This document shows positions 29,974 through 39,619 of a stretch of 64,000 nucleotides of DNA, piece by piece. Source of the stretch: Dehalococcoidia bacterium (GTDB lineage Bacteria; Chloroflexota; Dehalococcoidia; Lucifugimonadales; VXLM01). The translations under genes and the position numbers were made by a program. Positions within the stretch are counted from its first letter, which is position 1. The number at the start of each line of letters is the position of its first letter. The notes beneath the pieces were generated by a model that searched no databases, was not told where the DNA came from, and saw only the letters and a program-made list of their open reading frames with translations. The DNA is taken from assembly GCA_965232435.1 (NCBI GenBank), contig CBDDPU010000004.1, positions 2,461,564 to 2,525,563 of the forward strand, read 5' to 3'.

Positions 29974-30090
29974 GAGACCTTTGCAAAATCGTCATTTCCC
30001 CGCACGCGAATCCACTAACCTTGTGTACAGCTTTGATTCTGCCCTTAGTTCCCGACTCGCTTGGCTTACTGATGAGCTATGCAAAGATCC
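29974..30090. mobile_element. Degenerate MITE-like element with IS5-family-like ends
   Basis: Left end GAGACCTTTGCAAAA, imperfect right end TATGCAAAGATCC, internal decayed GTCATT...GAATCCA repeat. Confidence 0.4.
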
Positions 30091-30181
30091 TGCGTAGCGA
30101 GGCAAATCGCCCGTAGCGAGTTCAATTCAACCAACAAGGACGACGAAAACGTGTCAACGGCATCGGTTCAATGGAGGAGAT

Positions 30182-31144
30182 ATGGAAAATCGGAAAACGG
30201 TTAACGATGTACAGGATGTCGCAACGAGCATCAGAGAAAATGTACAAAAGATCATAGTCGGAAAAGACGACGCCATTAACCTAGCGTTGGTGGCGCTTCT
30301 TTGCAAAGGACACGCCCTGCTTGAGGACGTGCCCGGCACCGGCAAGACTACCATGGCCAAAGCCCTCGCACAGTCTCTCGGTTGCGACTTCCACCGCATA
30401 CAGTGCACACCCGACCTGATGCCGTCAGACGTGCTCGGAGTCAACTTCTACAACCAGAAGGTCGGCGAGTTCGAGTTCCGGCAGGGGCCCATATTCAGCC
30501 AAATCATCCTGACCGATGAGATCAACCGCGCGACCCCTCGAACCCAGTCCTCGCTCCTTGAAGCCATGCAAGAACGACAGGCCACCATAGACGGCGAAAG
30601 CATGACTCTGCCGGAACCGTTCATGGTCATGGCCACCCAAAACCCGGTCGAAATGGAGGGCACCTTCCCACTCCCCGAAGCCCAGCTCGACCGGTTTATG
30701 GTCCGCATCGTCATCGGCTACCCGACATCGGAGGAGGAAGGACAAATCTACAAGCGCTTTGAAGACGATCCCGTTCCTCCCGCCGTCGACCCGGTAACCA
30801 ACTCCGCAGACCTCGAAGAACTGCAAACCATTCCCCCAACGGTCAGAGTCGACGATTCAGTGCGAAGCTACATCGTAGACCTCATTACAAGCACCCGCGA
30901 CAACCCGGGCTTATCGCTCGGCGCCAGTCCTCGCGCCGGCCTTGCACTGTATAAGACCTCGCAGGCTTGGGCCTCCCTGGAAGGCCGAGACTACGTAACA
31001 CCGGACGACGTGAAGCTCCTCGCCCGCTCCGTCCTGCCGCACCGCCTCATCTTGAGCTCATCCGCACGGCTGCGCGGCAACAGCGCCGATCAAATCGTCA
31101 ACGATGTCCTCGAAAACGTAGCGGTCCCAATCGAAAGGCAATAA
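30182..31144 (+). CDS. moxR: MoxR family AAA+ ATPase
   Basis: HALLEDVPGTGKT, RIQCTPDLMPSD, DEINRATPRTQSSLLEAMQE, ATQNP, LPEAQLDRF. Confidence 0.95.
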   Translation: MENRKTVNDVQDVATSIRENVQKIIVGKDDAINLALVALLCKGHALLEDVPGTGKTTMAKALAQSLGCDFHRIQCTPDLMPSDVLGVNFYNQKVGEFEFRQGPIFSQIILTDEINRATPRTQSSLLEAMQERQATIDGESMTLPEPFMVMATQNPVEMEGTFPLPEAQLDRFMVRIVIGYPTSEEEGQIYKRFEDDPVPPAVDPVTNSADLEELQTIPPTVRVDDSVRSYIVDLITSTRDNPGLSLGASPRAGLALYKTSQAWASLEGRDYVTPDDVKLLARSVLPHRLILSSSARLRGNSADQIVNDVLENVAVPIERQ

Positions 31145-31145
31145 C

Positions 31146-32537
31146 GTGGCATCAAGTCGGGTCGAGCCGCAAGACCCAATCCGGACTGTCTCCAGCGACC
31201 GAACGTGGCAGACGCTCTGGACGGGCTTCTTCGCCGTTTTGCTGGTCGCCAGCTTTATCTTCGGACACGCCCTCGGAATCGCCTTCGGCCTCATGGGCCT
31301 GGTCGCCATCGGCATCGCTCGCTTCTGGAACCGCGTCGCACTCCAAAAACTCACGTACGAGCGAAGGTTCCCCCAAGAGCGCGTGTTCTTCGGTGACGAC
31401 ATATACATGGACCTCGTCCTGTCCAACCGAAAGCCCATACCGCTCGCCTGGCTGAATATCGACGACGAACTGCCGCAAGGCATCATGCCCGCCGGCGCGT
31501 CCCTCAGACGAAATATGCAAAGCGGAATCGACAGCCTGAACCACGCCACCGCCGTTGCATGGTATGAGCGGATTCGCTGGCGGTACCGCATGGACGCTGT
31601 CAGCAGAGGCGAATACCACATCGGCCCTGCCAAAATGGAGAGCGGCGACCCCTTCGGATTCTTCAGAAGCCGAAAGATCATGTCCCGATTGGATACTCTT
31701 GTCGTCTATCCAAAAGTGTATCCACTTGATGAAATCGGTATCCCCCCCGCGAGACCGCTCGGGGAAATCCGCGGCGGCCTGGAAATCTTCCCCGACCCCT
31801 CCCGTCCCGCCGGAATTAGGGAATACGTCCGAGGCGACCCCCTCAAAACTATCGACTGGAAGGCGACGGCGAAACAGCAGCGGCTCATGGTCAGAACGTT
31901 CGAACCAAGTTCCAGCCACACCGTGATTATCGCCGCCGCCGTAGACACCATGGAGCCTTACTGGCTCTCTCTAAGCCCCGATGACCTGGAACGAGTAATA
32001 TCCATTGCCGCTTCGATGGCACTCTATATCTCGAACAGTCAATACAGCATGGGACTGTTTTCCAATGACATGCCGGTCCTCTCACAACGCTCCATGACCG
32101 TCCCTCCCAGTTCCGAACCCGAACACTTGCACACGATCTTGACCGCCCTCGCCTTAACCAGACCGTTCGCTCCCAATGCAATGTCCACCGCGTTGCTCGA
32201 ACAGTCGCGCAAGTTTCCGTTCGGGGCGACCATCGTCCTCTGCACAAACATCATCACCGAAAGCCTGACCGTAGCCATTGCCGAACTTCGCCAGCGCGGA
32301 TTCCGCTTCACTGTCCTCTATACCGGAGCCGAATTCGTGGAAAACCCTCCACCGGAAGTCCTCTTCTACCACCTCAGGGAACACATCGACCGCATTGATG
32401 AAGAAGAAAAGGAACGCAAAGAACGAGAAGCCTCGGACGAGGCTGACACCGACTCCGAAGATGACGAAGACACCGAACCGACCGCATGGGACAGATTGAA
32501 GGGCACTGTTGTAGGCGCGGGTGACGAATCAACATGA
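31146..32537 (+). CDS. DUF58 domain-containing protein
   Basis: RGEY, GDPFGF, VVYP, IREYVRGDPLKTIDWKATAK; follows moxR. Confidence 0.92.
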   Translation: MASSRVEPQDPIRTVSSDRTWQTLWTGFFAVLLVASFIFGHALGIAFGLMGLVAIGIARFWNRVALQKLTYERRFPQERVFFGDDIYMDLVLSNRKPIPLAWLNIDDELPQGIMPAGASLRRNMQSGIDSLNHATAVAWYERIRWRYRMDAVSRGEYHIGPAKMESGDPFGFFRSRKIMSRLDTLVVYPKVYPLDEIGIPPARPLGEIRGGLEIFPDPSRPAGIREYVRGDPLKTIDWKATAKQQRLMVRTFEPSSSHTVIIAAAVDTMEPYWLSLSPDDLERVISIAASMALYISNSQYSMGLFSNDMPVLSQRSMTVPPSSEPEHLHTILTALALTRPFAPNAMSTALLEQSRKFPFGATIVLCTNIITESLTVAIAELRQRGFRFTVLYTGAEFVENPPPEVLFYHLREHIDRIDEEEKERKEREASDEADTDSEDDEDTEPTAWDRLKGTVVGAGDEST

Positions 32538-34237
32538 CACTCACGCGCGAAAGACTCACATACATTACCCTCGTAGTCTCCGAGTCCGCGTGGCTCTTCG
32601 CGTTCATGTCAATTCTCGGTGTCGCCGCCGGCTCCACGGGCAGCCCTTTGAGCTACTTCGCCATTGTGGGGCTTCTCGGTCTCTCCACTTTCTTGTATTC
32701 CTACATTCGCCGGAAAAACTTCCAGGCATTTGAACTGTTCTACATCGGTTCTACCTTACTCGGGATCGTCCTCGCATATGCCGTAGTCGCCGCAGCATAT
32801 GAAACCGACGAACTCTTCACGATTGGCTGGCTGCCCCAACTCATCGATTCCACCATCAAAGAACAGGGCAGAACCTTTCACGGTGTGGGAGCCGCCATCC
32901 TCGCGCTCGGAATGTGGTTCCGGGGTATCCGACTCGCTATGGTCCCGTTCCCCGAAAAGAGCCTCAGAATCAGCTTCCGACTCGGACTGTTCTTTATCGG
33001 CTTTGCCGCCGTCATGGATATCCTCGTCGAACAGCAGTTGAATGTCTTCGCCATGGTGCTCATATTCTTCGGCGCAGGACTCGCAGGACTCAACATTGGC
33101 CATATCGTCTCAGAGACCTCGACTTCCTCACAGACCAGAACCTGGCCAAAGGTGATCGGCCTTGCGGTCATTGCCATCCTCGTCGTTGGCGGCATGTTCG
33201 GTTTCCTTCAGCAAGGCTTCCTCGCCTTCATTACCTCCCCCATAAAGTTCGTCTTCGACAGAGTGGTTGAGGGAATCCTGCTCATCGTCGGCGTTCCCAT
33301 CGTGTTGGGGCTGGAGCTCATTAACACTGTCATAGGCACGGTCTTCTCACGTCCTTTCGAAATTGAACCTCAGCCCGAAGCAACCCCCACCCCTACGCCA
33401 ACACCCGGACCTTCGCAAAACTTCGCAATCGAAGGAGGGTACGGCAGCGACGTACGAGCCCCTGATTTCCTGGTGTTCATAACAAGACTTGTCCGGTATG
33501 GACTCGTAATAGCCATCATCGCCGTCATCGCTATTTTCCTCTATGTCCTAATGAGCAGAATTGCCAAGAAATTTAGGCGTGATGATGAACCTGACCGCGA
33601 ATCCATCTTCGACGAGATGGATTTCGCTTCGGATATCGGCGATCTCTTCTCCGACCTCATGTCAAACGTCAAAGACCTGTTCAAAGGGGCCGGCAGAAAG
33701 GTTTTCCGACTCCCGCCAGGACCGCCAGGCGTCGTTGAAGCTCTTCGACTGTATTACCAAATGCTCACGACCGCCGAACAAAACTCGGTGCCCCGTCCAG
33801 AATACTATACCCCCAACGAGTTCCGTGGAGACTTGAGAAATATCTTCCCCAACGAACTTGTGGAACCTGCCACCGAGGCCTTCAATCGCGCGCAATACGG
33901 AGACATACCGGCCACAAACGAAGAAATAACGAAAATGCGCTCCGCATTCCGAGTCGAGAAGCAGGGAGAACCCACTGCCCAGACCTCCGGGCCAACTCAA
34001 ACCACTTCCCCCGGAACAATCGGCAAAAGTCCCCGGTTCGAGACGATGACTTCGGAGATTACCGAAGACCCACTGGCGCAGCCGAAAGCAAGGTTCGATA
34101 CCCCCTCGCTAACCGAACGAAAATGGTTCAGCGGAGGGCTGGGAGCCTTGCTGGCCTGCGGAGGGGTCATTCTCTTCGCATTGGTCGCCGCGGGAGTTTT
34201 CGTCTTAATCATCTTCCTCTCCGACCTGGTAGGCTAA
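32534..34237 (+). CDS. Multi-TM protein with C-terminal DUF4129-like domain
   Basis: About 10 TM segments, then LYYQML...PRPEYYTPNEF...TEAFNRAQYG. ATGA overlap with the DUF58 gene. Confidence 0.8.
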   Translation: MTLTRERLTYITLVVSESAWLFAFMSILGVAAGSTGSPLSYFAIVGLLGLSTFLYSYIRRKNFQAFELFYIGSTLLGIVLAYAVVAAAYETDELFTIGWLPQLIDSTIKEQGRTFHGVGAAILALGMWFRGIRLAMVPFPEKSLRISFRLGLFFIGFAAVMDILVEQQLNVFAMVLIFFGAGLAGLNIGHIVSETSTSSQTRTWPKVIGLAVIAILVVGGMFGFLQQGFLAFITSPIKFVFDRVVEGILLIVGVPIVLGLELINTVIGTVFSRPFEIEPQPEATPTPTPTPGPSQNFAIEGGYGSDVRAPDFLVFITRLVRYGLVIAIIAVIAIFLYVLMSRIAKKFRRDDEPDRESIFDEMDFASDIGDLFSDLMSNVKDLFKGAGRKVFRLPPGPPGVVEALRLYYQMLTTAEQNSVPRPEYYTPNEFRGDLRNIFPNELVEPATEAFNRAQYGDIPATNEEITKMRSAFRVEKQGEPTAQTSGPTQTTSPGTIGKSPRFETMTSEITEDPLAQPKARFDTPSLTERKWFSGGLGALLACGGVILFALVAAGVFVLIIFLSDLVG

Positions 34238-34418
34238 TCCGTGCGCAGCAAATTCAAACGGCGCCGATTCGATAGCTTTCGAGGTCGCAAACATCATCCG
34301 CTTCTGAGCGAATCCGCATATCGCGCCTCTAATCGCCCGTCCGTTCCCCACAGTCCCGGTATTCCCGCAGGTCGACACGTTGCAAGAGAGTCTCAAGCAG
34401 CCCCACCTAAGATAATCC

Positions 34419-35180
34419 ATGACTCTGCATGACAAGACATGCCTCATCACCGGCGCCGGCAGCGGCATCGGACGAGCGACGGCGATTCGACTCGCCTCAG
34501 AGGGGGCCGTCGTCTATCTCGTCGGCAGGACACCCTCCAAAGTAGAAGACGTTTGCGCTGAAATCCGAGAGGCGGGCGGGAGCGCAGCCCCCTACGGCGT
34601 CGACGTGGCGGATCGCGAGGGCGTCCTCGGCGTCGTCGCGGAAATAGAACGTGACCGCGGCGCCGTGGACGTGCTGGTCAATAACGCCGGCCACAGTTCA
34701 CCTCACCGCAGGCTTCTTTCCACTCCCCCCGACGAAATCGCCGCGGTCATCAACTCAAACTTGCTAGGCTCGATCTACTGTGCGCAGGCCGTTATGCCCG
34801 CAATGCTCAAGCGCGACAGCGGAACCATCATCAATGTCTCCTCCCTTGCGGGTATAACTCCGGGCCTCTTGGGCGGAATGATCTACTCCGCCGTAAAGGC
34901 CGCGGTCATCAACTTTACCGGGCATTTGAACGAGGAATTCAAAAGTACGAACATTCGCGCCAGCGTCGTCATCCCCGGTGAAATCGAAACCCCGCTGCTG
35001 GATAAGCGGCCTGTCCCGCCCAGCGCCGACGCGCGACTCACCATGGCCGGGCCCCAGGACGTGGCCGCGGCGATCGCCCTCATTGCCGGCCTTCCGCAAA
35101 ATAGTTCCATACCTGAACTGGTGATCCGTCCAACGCTCCAGCGTGATGTATCCGCCGAGTTGACCGATTTATGGCTGTAG
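34419..35180 (+). CDS. Short-chain dehydrogenase/reductase
   Basis: ITGAGSGIG, LVNNAG, NVSS, YSAVK. Confidence 0.93.
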   Translation: MTLHDKTCLITGAGSGIGRATAIRLASEGAVVYLVGRTPSKVEDVCAEIREAGGSAAPYGVDVADREGVLGVVAEIERDRGAVDVLVNNAGHSSPHRRLLSTPPDEIAAVINSNLLGSIYCAQAVMPAMLKRDSGTIINVSSLAGITPGLLGGMIYSAVKAAVINFTGHLNEEFKSTNIRASVVIPGEIETPLLDKRPVPPSADARLTMAGPQDVAAAIALIAGLPQNSSIPELVIRPTLQRDVSAELTDLWL

Positions 35181-35273
35181 CCGGGCTCCATCCCCGCGCA
35201 TTGTCATTCCGATAAAGCTGGGGTAGACTTCAAGAAAACAACTAGAAGAATCTGTAGAGGAGTATCCCCTCAA

Positions 35274-36749
35274 ATGCTAAAAAACGTCGACCTGCCTACA
35301 AGGCGCGTGCCAACTTGGGGTGTCCTTACGGCATCATCACTGATTGCGTTGCTCGCGGTACTATTCACCATAAGCGACTCCTTCGCGCAGTCGAACCAAC
35401 TCATTCTTAAAAGCGCTAAAGAGTACGATGTAGCCATAGCGGGCCAGGAGGCTCAAGACCGTTTCGGCAGCGCGATTGCCGTCGGCGACATCAACTCCGA
35501 CGGGCAGGCCGATCTCTTAGTGGGCGCACCCGAATCGGGCTTGGACAACCAAGTTCGAGCCGGCGCGGCATTCGGATTCCTAGGACCCATCGATCCCTCC
35601 GTAGCCGAAGCTTCGCAAGCCGCAATCAAGTTCAAGGGTTTCGACTTCACGGCGGGGATCGCTTCCGGTCTGCATATCGGCGACATTGACGGAGACGGCC
35701 TAACCGACCTGCTAATCGGCTCCGAGGAAATGGCCATGGACGACACTCGCCATGAGTCCGGCGTGGTATACGCTGTTCTCGGGTCGGTCGAGTCAACCGG
35801 GGTGAGCGCGGTCGATATCCGCGAGCGGACCGGATTCCACATCTACGGCGCGCACAGAAACTACAACAGCGGCAAGAGCGTTGCAGCCGGAGACCTCAAT
35901 AACGACGGCGCCGTCGATCTCGCAATCGGATCGCCCGGCGGTTACGAACTGCGCAAGGGCAGCGTGGAAATCATACTGGGCCCCCTCGACGGAGAGGATA
36001 TCGATCTTCGCGAAGATGCAGACGGGGTACTCCTAGGCTCTACCGGCGACATCTCCAGCACGGTCAAAGGCGATGGCGCAGGCGGGGCGGTAGCCATCGG
36101 CGACATCAACGGCGATGGCATCGACGACCTAATCGTCAACTCCCGAAGCGCGGATGTCGGAGATATCGACAACGCCGGCGAAACCTACATCATCTTCGGA
36201 CCGCTCGATACGCTGGATGGTGAACTAAAGACCATCGCCGATGTGACCTTCCAAGGTCAGACGGAAAGAGACCAGAGCGCCGAAAGCTCTCTAGCAATTG
36301 GAGATCTCAACGGCGACGGAATCAATGACTTGGCAATAGGCTCCTCTCAGTCGGATGTATCCGGGAATCGCGCCGCGGGCAAGGTGCTCATATTCCAAGG
36401 CCCCATTCAGCCCGGAACCTACAGTGTTGAGGACGCCGCCCAAATCTCCATCGACGGAGAACAGGCCGTGGAAGGTCTGGGATCGGCCGTCGGTATCGGC
36501 GACTTCAACGGCGACGGGGTGGCTGATCTAGCATACTCCGCCGCCCTCGGTGACCCCGACGAAAGCAGAGAAAATGCCGGCATCACATACATAATGTTCG
36601 GCAATATCTTCAACCGTGAGCCCACTCCGGAAGAATCTAACCTGCCTCAAATCATGATTGGCGTCCTAGCCGGAATCGTCGTCATTATCGTCCTCGCCGC
36701 GCTCATTTGGTACTTCCGTCGCGTTCGCCGAGACTCTGGGCCCGTGTGA
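35274..36749 (+). CDS. FG-GAP (integrin-alpha-like) repeat surface protein
   Basis: Signal-like N-terminus, six GD(I/L/F)(N/D)xDGxxDL repeats, C-terminal TM followed by RRVRR. Confidence 0.9.
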   Translation: MLKNVDLPTRRVPTWGVLTASSLIALLAVLFTISDSFAQSNQLILKSAKEYDVAIAGQEAQDRFGSAIAVGDINSDGQADLLVGAPESGLDNQVRAGAAFGFLGPIDPSVAEASQAAIKFKGFDFTAGIASGLHIGDIDGDGLTDLLIGSEEMAMDDTRHESGVVYAVLGSVESTGVSAVDIRERTGFHIYGAHRNYNSGKSVAAGDLNNDGAVDLAIGSPGGYELRKGSVEIILGPLDGEDIDLREDADGVLLGSTGDISSTVKGDGAGGAVAIGDINGDGIDDLIVNSRSADVGDIDNAGETYIIFGPLDTLDGELKTIADVTFQGQTERDQSAESSLAIGDLNGDGINDLAIGSSQSDVSGNRAAGKVLIFQGPIQPGTYSVEDAAQISIDGEQAVEGLGSAVGIGDFNGDGVADLAYSAALGDPDESRENAGITYIMFGNIFNREPTPEESNLPQIMIGVLAGIVVIIVLAALIWYFRRVRRDSGPV

Positions 36750-36810
36750 ATAGAGCCAATTCTTCCCATGACCCACCGAAGCGAATCGTCAAGATCTCAA
36801 GGAGAATTGC

Positions 36811-37755
36811 ATGAATCGAGATGAACTCAAGACCATGATCGGCGGCTGTATCGCCACCCTGCCGACTCCGATGGACGACGACTTCAACGTCGATCTCGCC
36901 CGAACGGCCGAGGTGACTCAATGGTGGGTTGAGCAAAAACTCGGAACAGGCAAGTCTCCTCTGAAAACCTCGGCGGCTATGGGAGAAGGTCCCGACCTTG
37001 GCGATGACGAATGGCCCCACCTGCTGCGCACCGTCGTCCGAGCGGCCAGCCCCGACACGAAGGTGATCTGCGCTCTCAAACCGAAGAACACTCTCCACAC
37101 GATCGAGGACGCCAAACGCGCGCAAGACCTCGGAGCCATCGGATTGCAAATCGACCTGCCCTTCATGCACCACAGCAACCAAGATGACCTCGTTCGCTTC
37201 TACACCGATATATCGGACGCCATCGAAATCGGCATAATGATCTACAACACTCACTGGTTTACGTCCGACCCGTCGGTCGAGGCTATGCGCGCGGAAACTA
37301 TGCTGCGATTGAAAGACGCAGAACATGTCGTTGCGCTCAAGTGGAGCGCGCCCGAGGGAACGGACATCGACTACGACGACATGACCAAGTTCGCCGACAC
37401 CTTCAACGTCATTGATAATTCCGGGCAGCCCGTCCGCTGTCACAAAAACGGAGGCAGAGGCTATATCAGCCCTTGGGTGGCCGCGTACCCGAAACACGAT
37501 CTCCAAGTATGGGACCTTCTTGAAGCCGGCAAGTACGAAGAGGCTCAGGCCGAAAAGGACCGCGTAGGCGCCATAATCGCGCCCTGGGGAGCCAAGACCG
37601 GCGCGAAATCGGGCGGCTACCGTCAAATGAAAGGCATAATGGCGGCGATGAACAATCCCGTCGGCCCACCGCGCCCTCCCACCCTGCCATGCTCCGAAGA
37701 CGAGATCGCCGAAGCCCGAAATGTCGTAGCAGAACTGGGCTGGAGCATCGAATAG
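36811..37755 (+). CDS. DapA/NanA-like class I aldolase, paralog 1
   Basis: ATLPTPMD, AMGEG, IMIYN, Schiff-base VALKW, VGPPRPP. Confidence 0.88.
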   Translation: MNRDELKTMIGGCIATLPTPMDDDFNVDLARTAEVTQWWVEQKLGTGKSPLKTSAAMGEGPDLGDDEWPHLLRTVVRAASPDTKVICALKPKNTLHTIEDAKRAQDLGAIGLQIDLPFMHHSNQDDLVRFYTDISDAIEIGIMIYNTHWFTSDPSVEAMRAETMLRLKDAEHVVALKWSAPEGTDIDYDDMTKFADTFNVIDNSGQPVRCHKNGGRGYISPWVAAYPKHDLQVWDLLEAGKYEEAQAEKDRVGAIIAPWGAKTGAKSGGYRQMKGIMAAMNNPVGPPRPPTLPCSEDEIAEARNVVAELGWSIE

Positions 37756-37756
37756 T

Positions 37757-38203
37757 ATGCCCGACGCCCCGGCCGCCTTCGGCCGCCTGACTCCGATCCT
37801 CGTCACCGAGGACATGGACTCTACCATTGCGTTCTATCGCGACATCCTCGGATTCAAGGTCACAAGCCAAATGCCGGATGAAAATCCCACCTGGTGTTTC
37901 ATGGCGCGTGACGAGGCAGCCATCATGTTCACAACCCCCGAGGAACCTGATCACGACCACGACGAGGACGAAAACCACGGACACGAACATGGCCACGACC
38001 ATGACCACGAGCCCCTCGATTCGTCCGGTGCAAACCGCCTTTGGACGATGTACATCTACTCGGACGACGTAGAGGCGCTCTGGAAGGAACTCGAGGACCG
38101 GACCAAGATCGCCTACCCCCTGTACGACACTCATTACGGGATGCGGGAGTTTGGATTGCGCGACCGCGACGGCTACATGCTGAGCTTCGGCAAGGACATC
38201 TAA
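37757..38203 (+). CDS. VOC/glyoxalase (bleomycin-resistance-like) protein with His/Asp-rich loop
   Basis: LTPILVTEDM, FYRDILGF, YGMREFGLRDRDG; insert DHDHDEDENHGHEHGHDHDHE. Confidence 0.88.
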   Translation: MPDAPAAFGRLTPILVTEDMDSTIAFYRDILGFKVTSQMPDENPTWCFMARDEAAIMFTTPEEPDHDHDEDENHGHEHGHDHDHEPLDSSGANRLWTMYIYSDDVEALWKELEDRTKIAYPLYDTHYGMREFGLRDRDGYMLSFGKDI

Positions 38204-38210
38204 GGCAAAT

Positions 38211-38612
38211 ATGTCCAACCTTACGATCCGCGGCCCCGTACCCGTCCTCTTTACGAATGACATGCCGCAAGCCATCGCGTATTACCGCGACACACTGGGG
38301 TTCACACTCGCAGACGCGATGCCCGATGACGATCCCGCATGGTGCTTCCTGAGACGAGACAAGACGGCGATCATGCTGTTAAGTTCAGACGACCATGATG
38401 AGGGCCAAGAGGACGATCACAAGTGCCCGGTCGCGCCTGCCGTCAGCTCGCTCTACTTCTACCCTGACAACGTAGACACTCTATGGAACCGGCTAAAGGA
38501 CAAGGTTGAAATCGTCGTTCCCGTGCAAGACATGGACTACGGAATGCGTGAATTTACCATCCGCGATCCCAACGGCATCGCCTTGAACTTTGGAACTCCC
38601 CTCAACGCTTAG
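38211..38612 (+). CDS. VOC/glyoxalase protein, tandem paralog
   Basis: YYRDTLGF and YGMREFTIRDPNG. Confidence 0.88.
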   Translation: MSNLTIRGPVPVLFTNDMPQAIAYYRDTLGFTLADAMPDDDPAWCFLRRDKTAIMLLSSDDHDEGQEDDHKCPVAPAVSSLYFYPDNVDTLWNRLKDKVEIVVPVQDMDYGMREFTIRDPNGIALNFGTPLNA

Positions 38613-38649
38613 ATCCACAATAGACAACCCAAAACGAAGAAAGGAAATT

Positions 38650-39579
38650 ATGGACAGGAACGAACTCCGAAAACTCATTCAGGGAACGGTAGTCACAACG
38701 CCGACTCCGATGGACAGGGACATGAAAGTCGACTACGCTCGAATCACCGATGTCACTCGGTGGTGGGTCGAGCAGGGTCTGGGGACGAACGTTGCGCCCC
38801 TAAAAGTCTGCGCAGCTGGTGGGGAGGGTCCATCCCTCACCGATTCCGAGTGGGAACAAGTCATCAGAACCACCGTCAACGCGGCCGGCCCCGACGCCGT
38901 CATAATGTGCGCGATCAAGGCCAAGAGCACCTACCATACCATTGAGGACGCCAAGAAGGCCCAAGACCTTGGCATCATTGGCCTCCAAATCGACCTCCCG
39001 TTTTTTAGCCACCCGAACCAGGACGATTACGTGCGATTCTTCACAGACATATCGGACGCAATCGACATCGGCATCATGATCTACAACACGTTCTGGTGGG
39101 GCTGCCCCGGCGTCACTCCGGAGACAATGAACCGCCTTCGTGACGCGGAGCGCGTGGTCGCTCTCAAGTACAGTTCGCCGCCGGATCGTGACTACGACGA
39201 GATGCGGGAGTACTCCGACCACTTCAACATCATCAACAACGGAGGCAAACCCGTGCGATGTCATCAACTCGGCGGGCGGGGATACATAACCTCCACAGCA
39301 ACGGCCTATGCCCCCTTCGATCTCAAATTCTGGTCCCTGCTGGAAGCCAAGAAATATGACGAAGCGCAAGCGCTGATGGACGGCGTGGACTCGAAATTCA
39401 AAGACTGGCGCGCAAAGAACAAAGACCACTCCGGCGGCTACCAGCACCTCAAGGCATACATGAAAGTGGTCGGCTGGGACTGCGGCGAGACCCGGGAGCC
39501 GTCCCATTGGCTCTCGGATGAACTCATGGACGAACTTCGGGATATCTTTAGAGAGATCGGGTGGCCGGTCAACGGATAA
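38650..39579 (+). CDS. DapA/NanA-like class I aldolase, paralog 2
   Basis: Start MDRNEL after AAGGA. TTPTPMD, AGGEG, IMIYN, VALKY. Confidence 0.88.
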   Translation: MDRNELRKLIQGTVVTTPTPMDRDMKVDYARITDVTRWWVEQGLGTNVAPLKVCAAGGEGPSLTDSEWEQVIRTTVNAAGPDAVIMCAIKAKSTYHTIEDAKKAQDLGIIGLQIDLPFFSHPNQDDYVRFFTDISDAIDIGIMIYNTFWWGCPGVTPETMNRLRDAERVVALKYSSPPDRDYDEMREYSDHFNIINNGGKPVRCHQLGGRGYITSTATAYAPFDLKFWSLLEAKKYDEAQALMDGVDSKFKDWRAKNKDHSGGYQHLKAYMKVVGWDCGETREPSHWLSDELMDELRDIFREIGWPVNG

Positions 39580-39619
39580 GAAACGCTACTCATTAGCATC
39601 AAGACGGAGGAGCAGCAAC

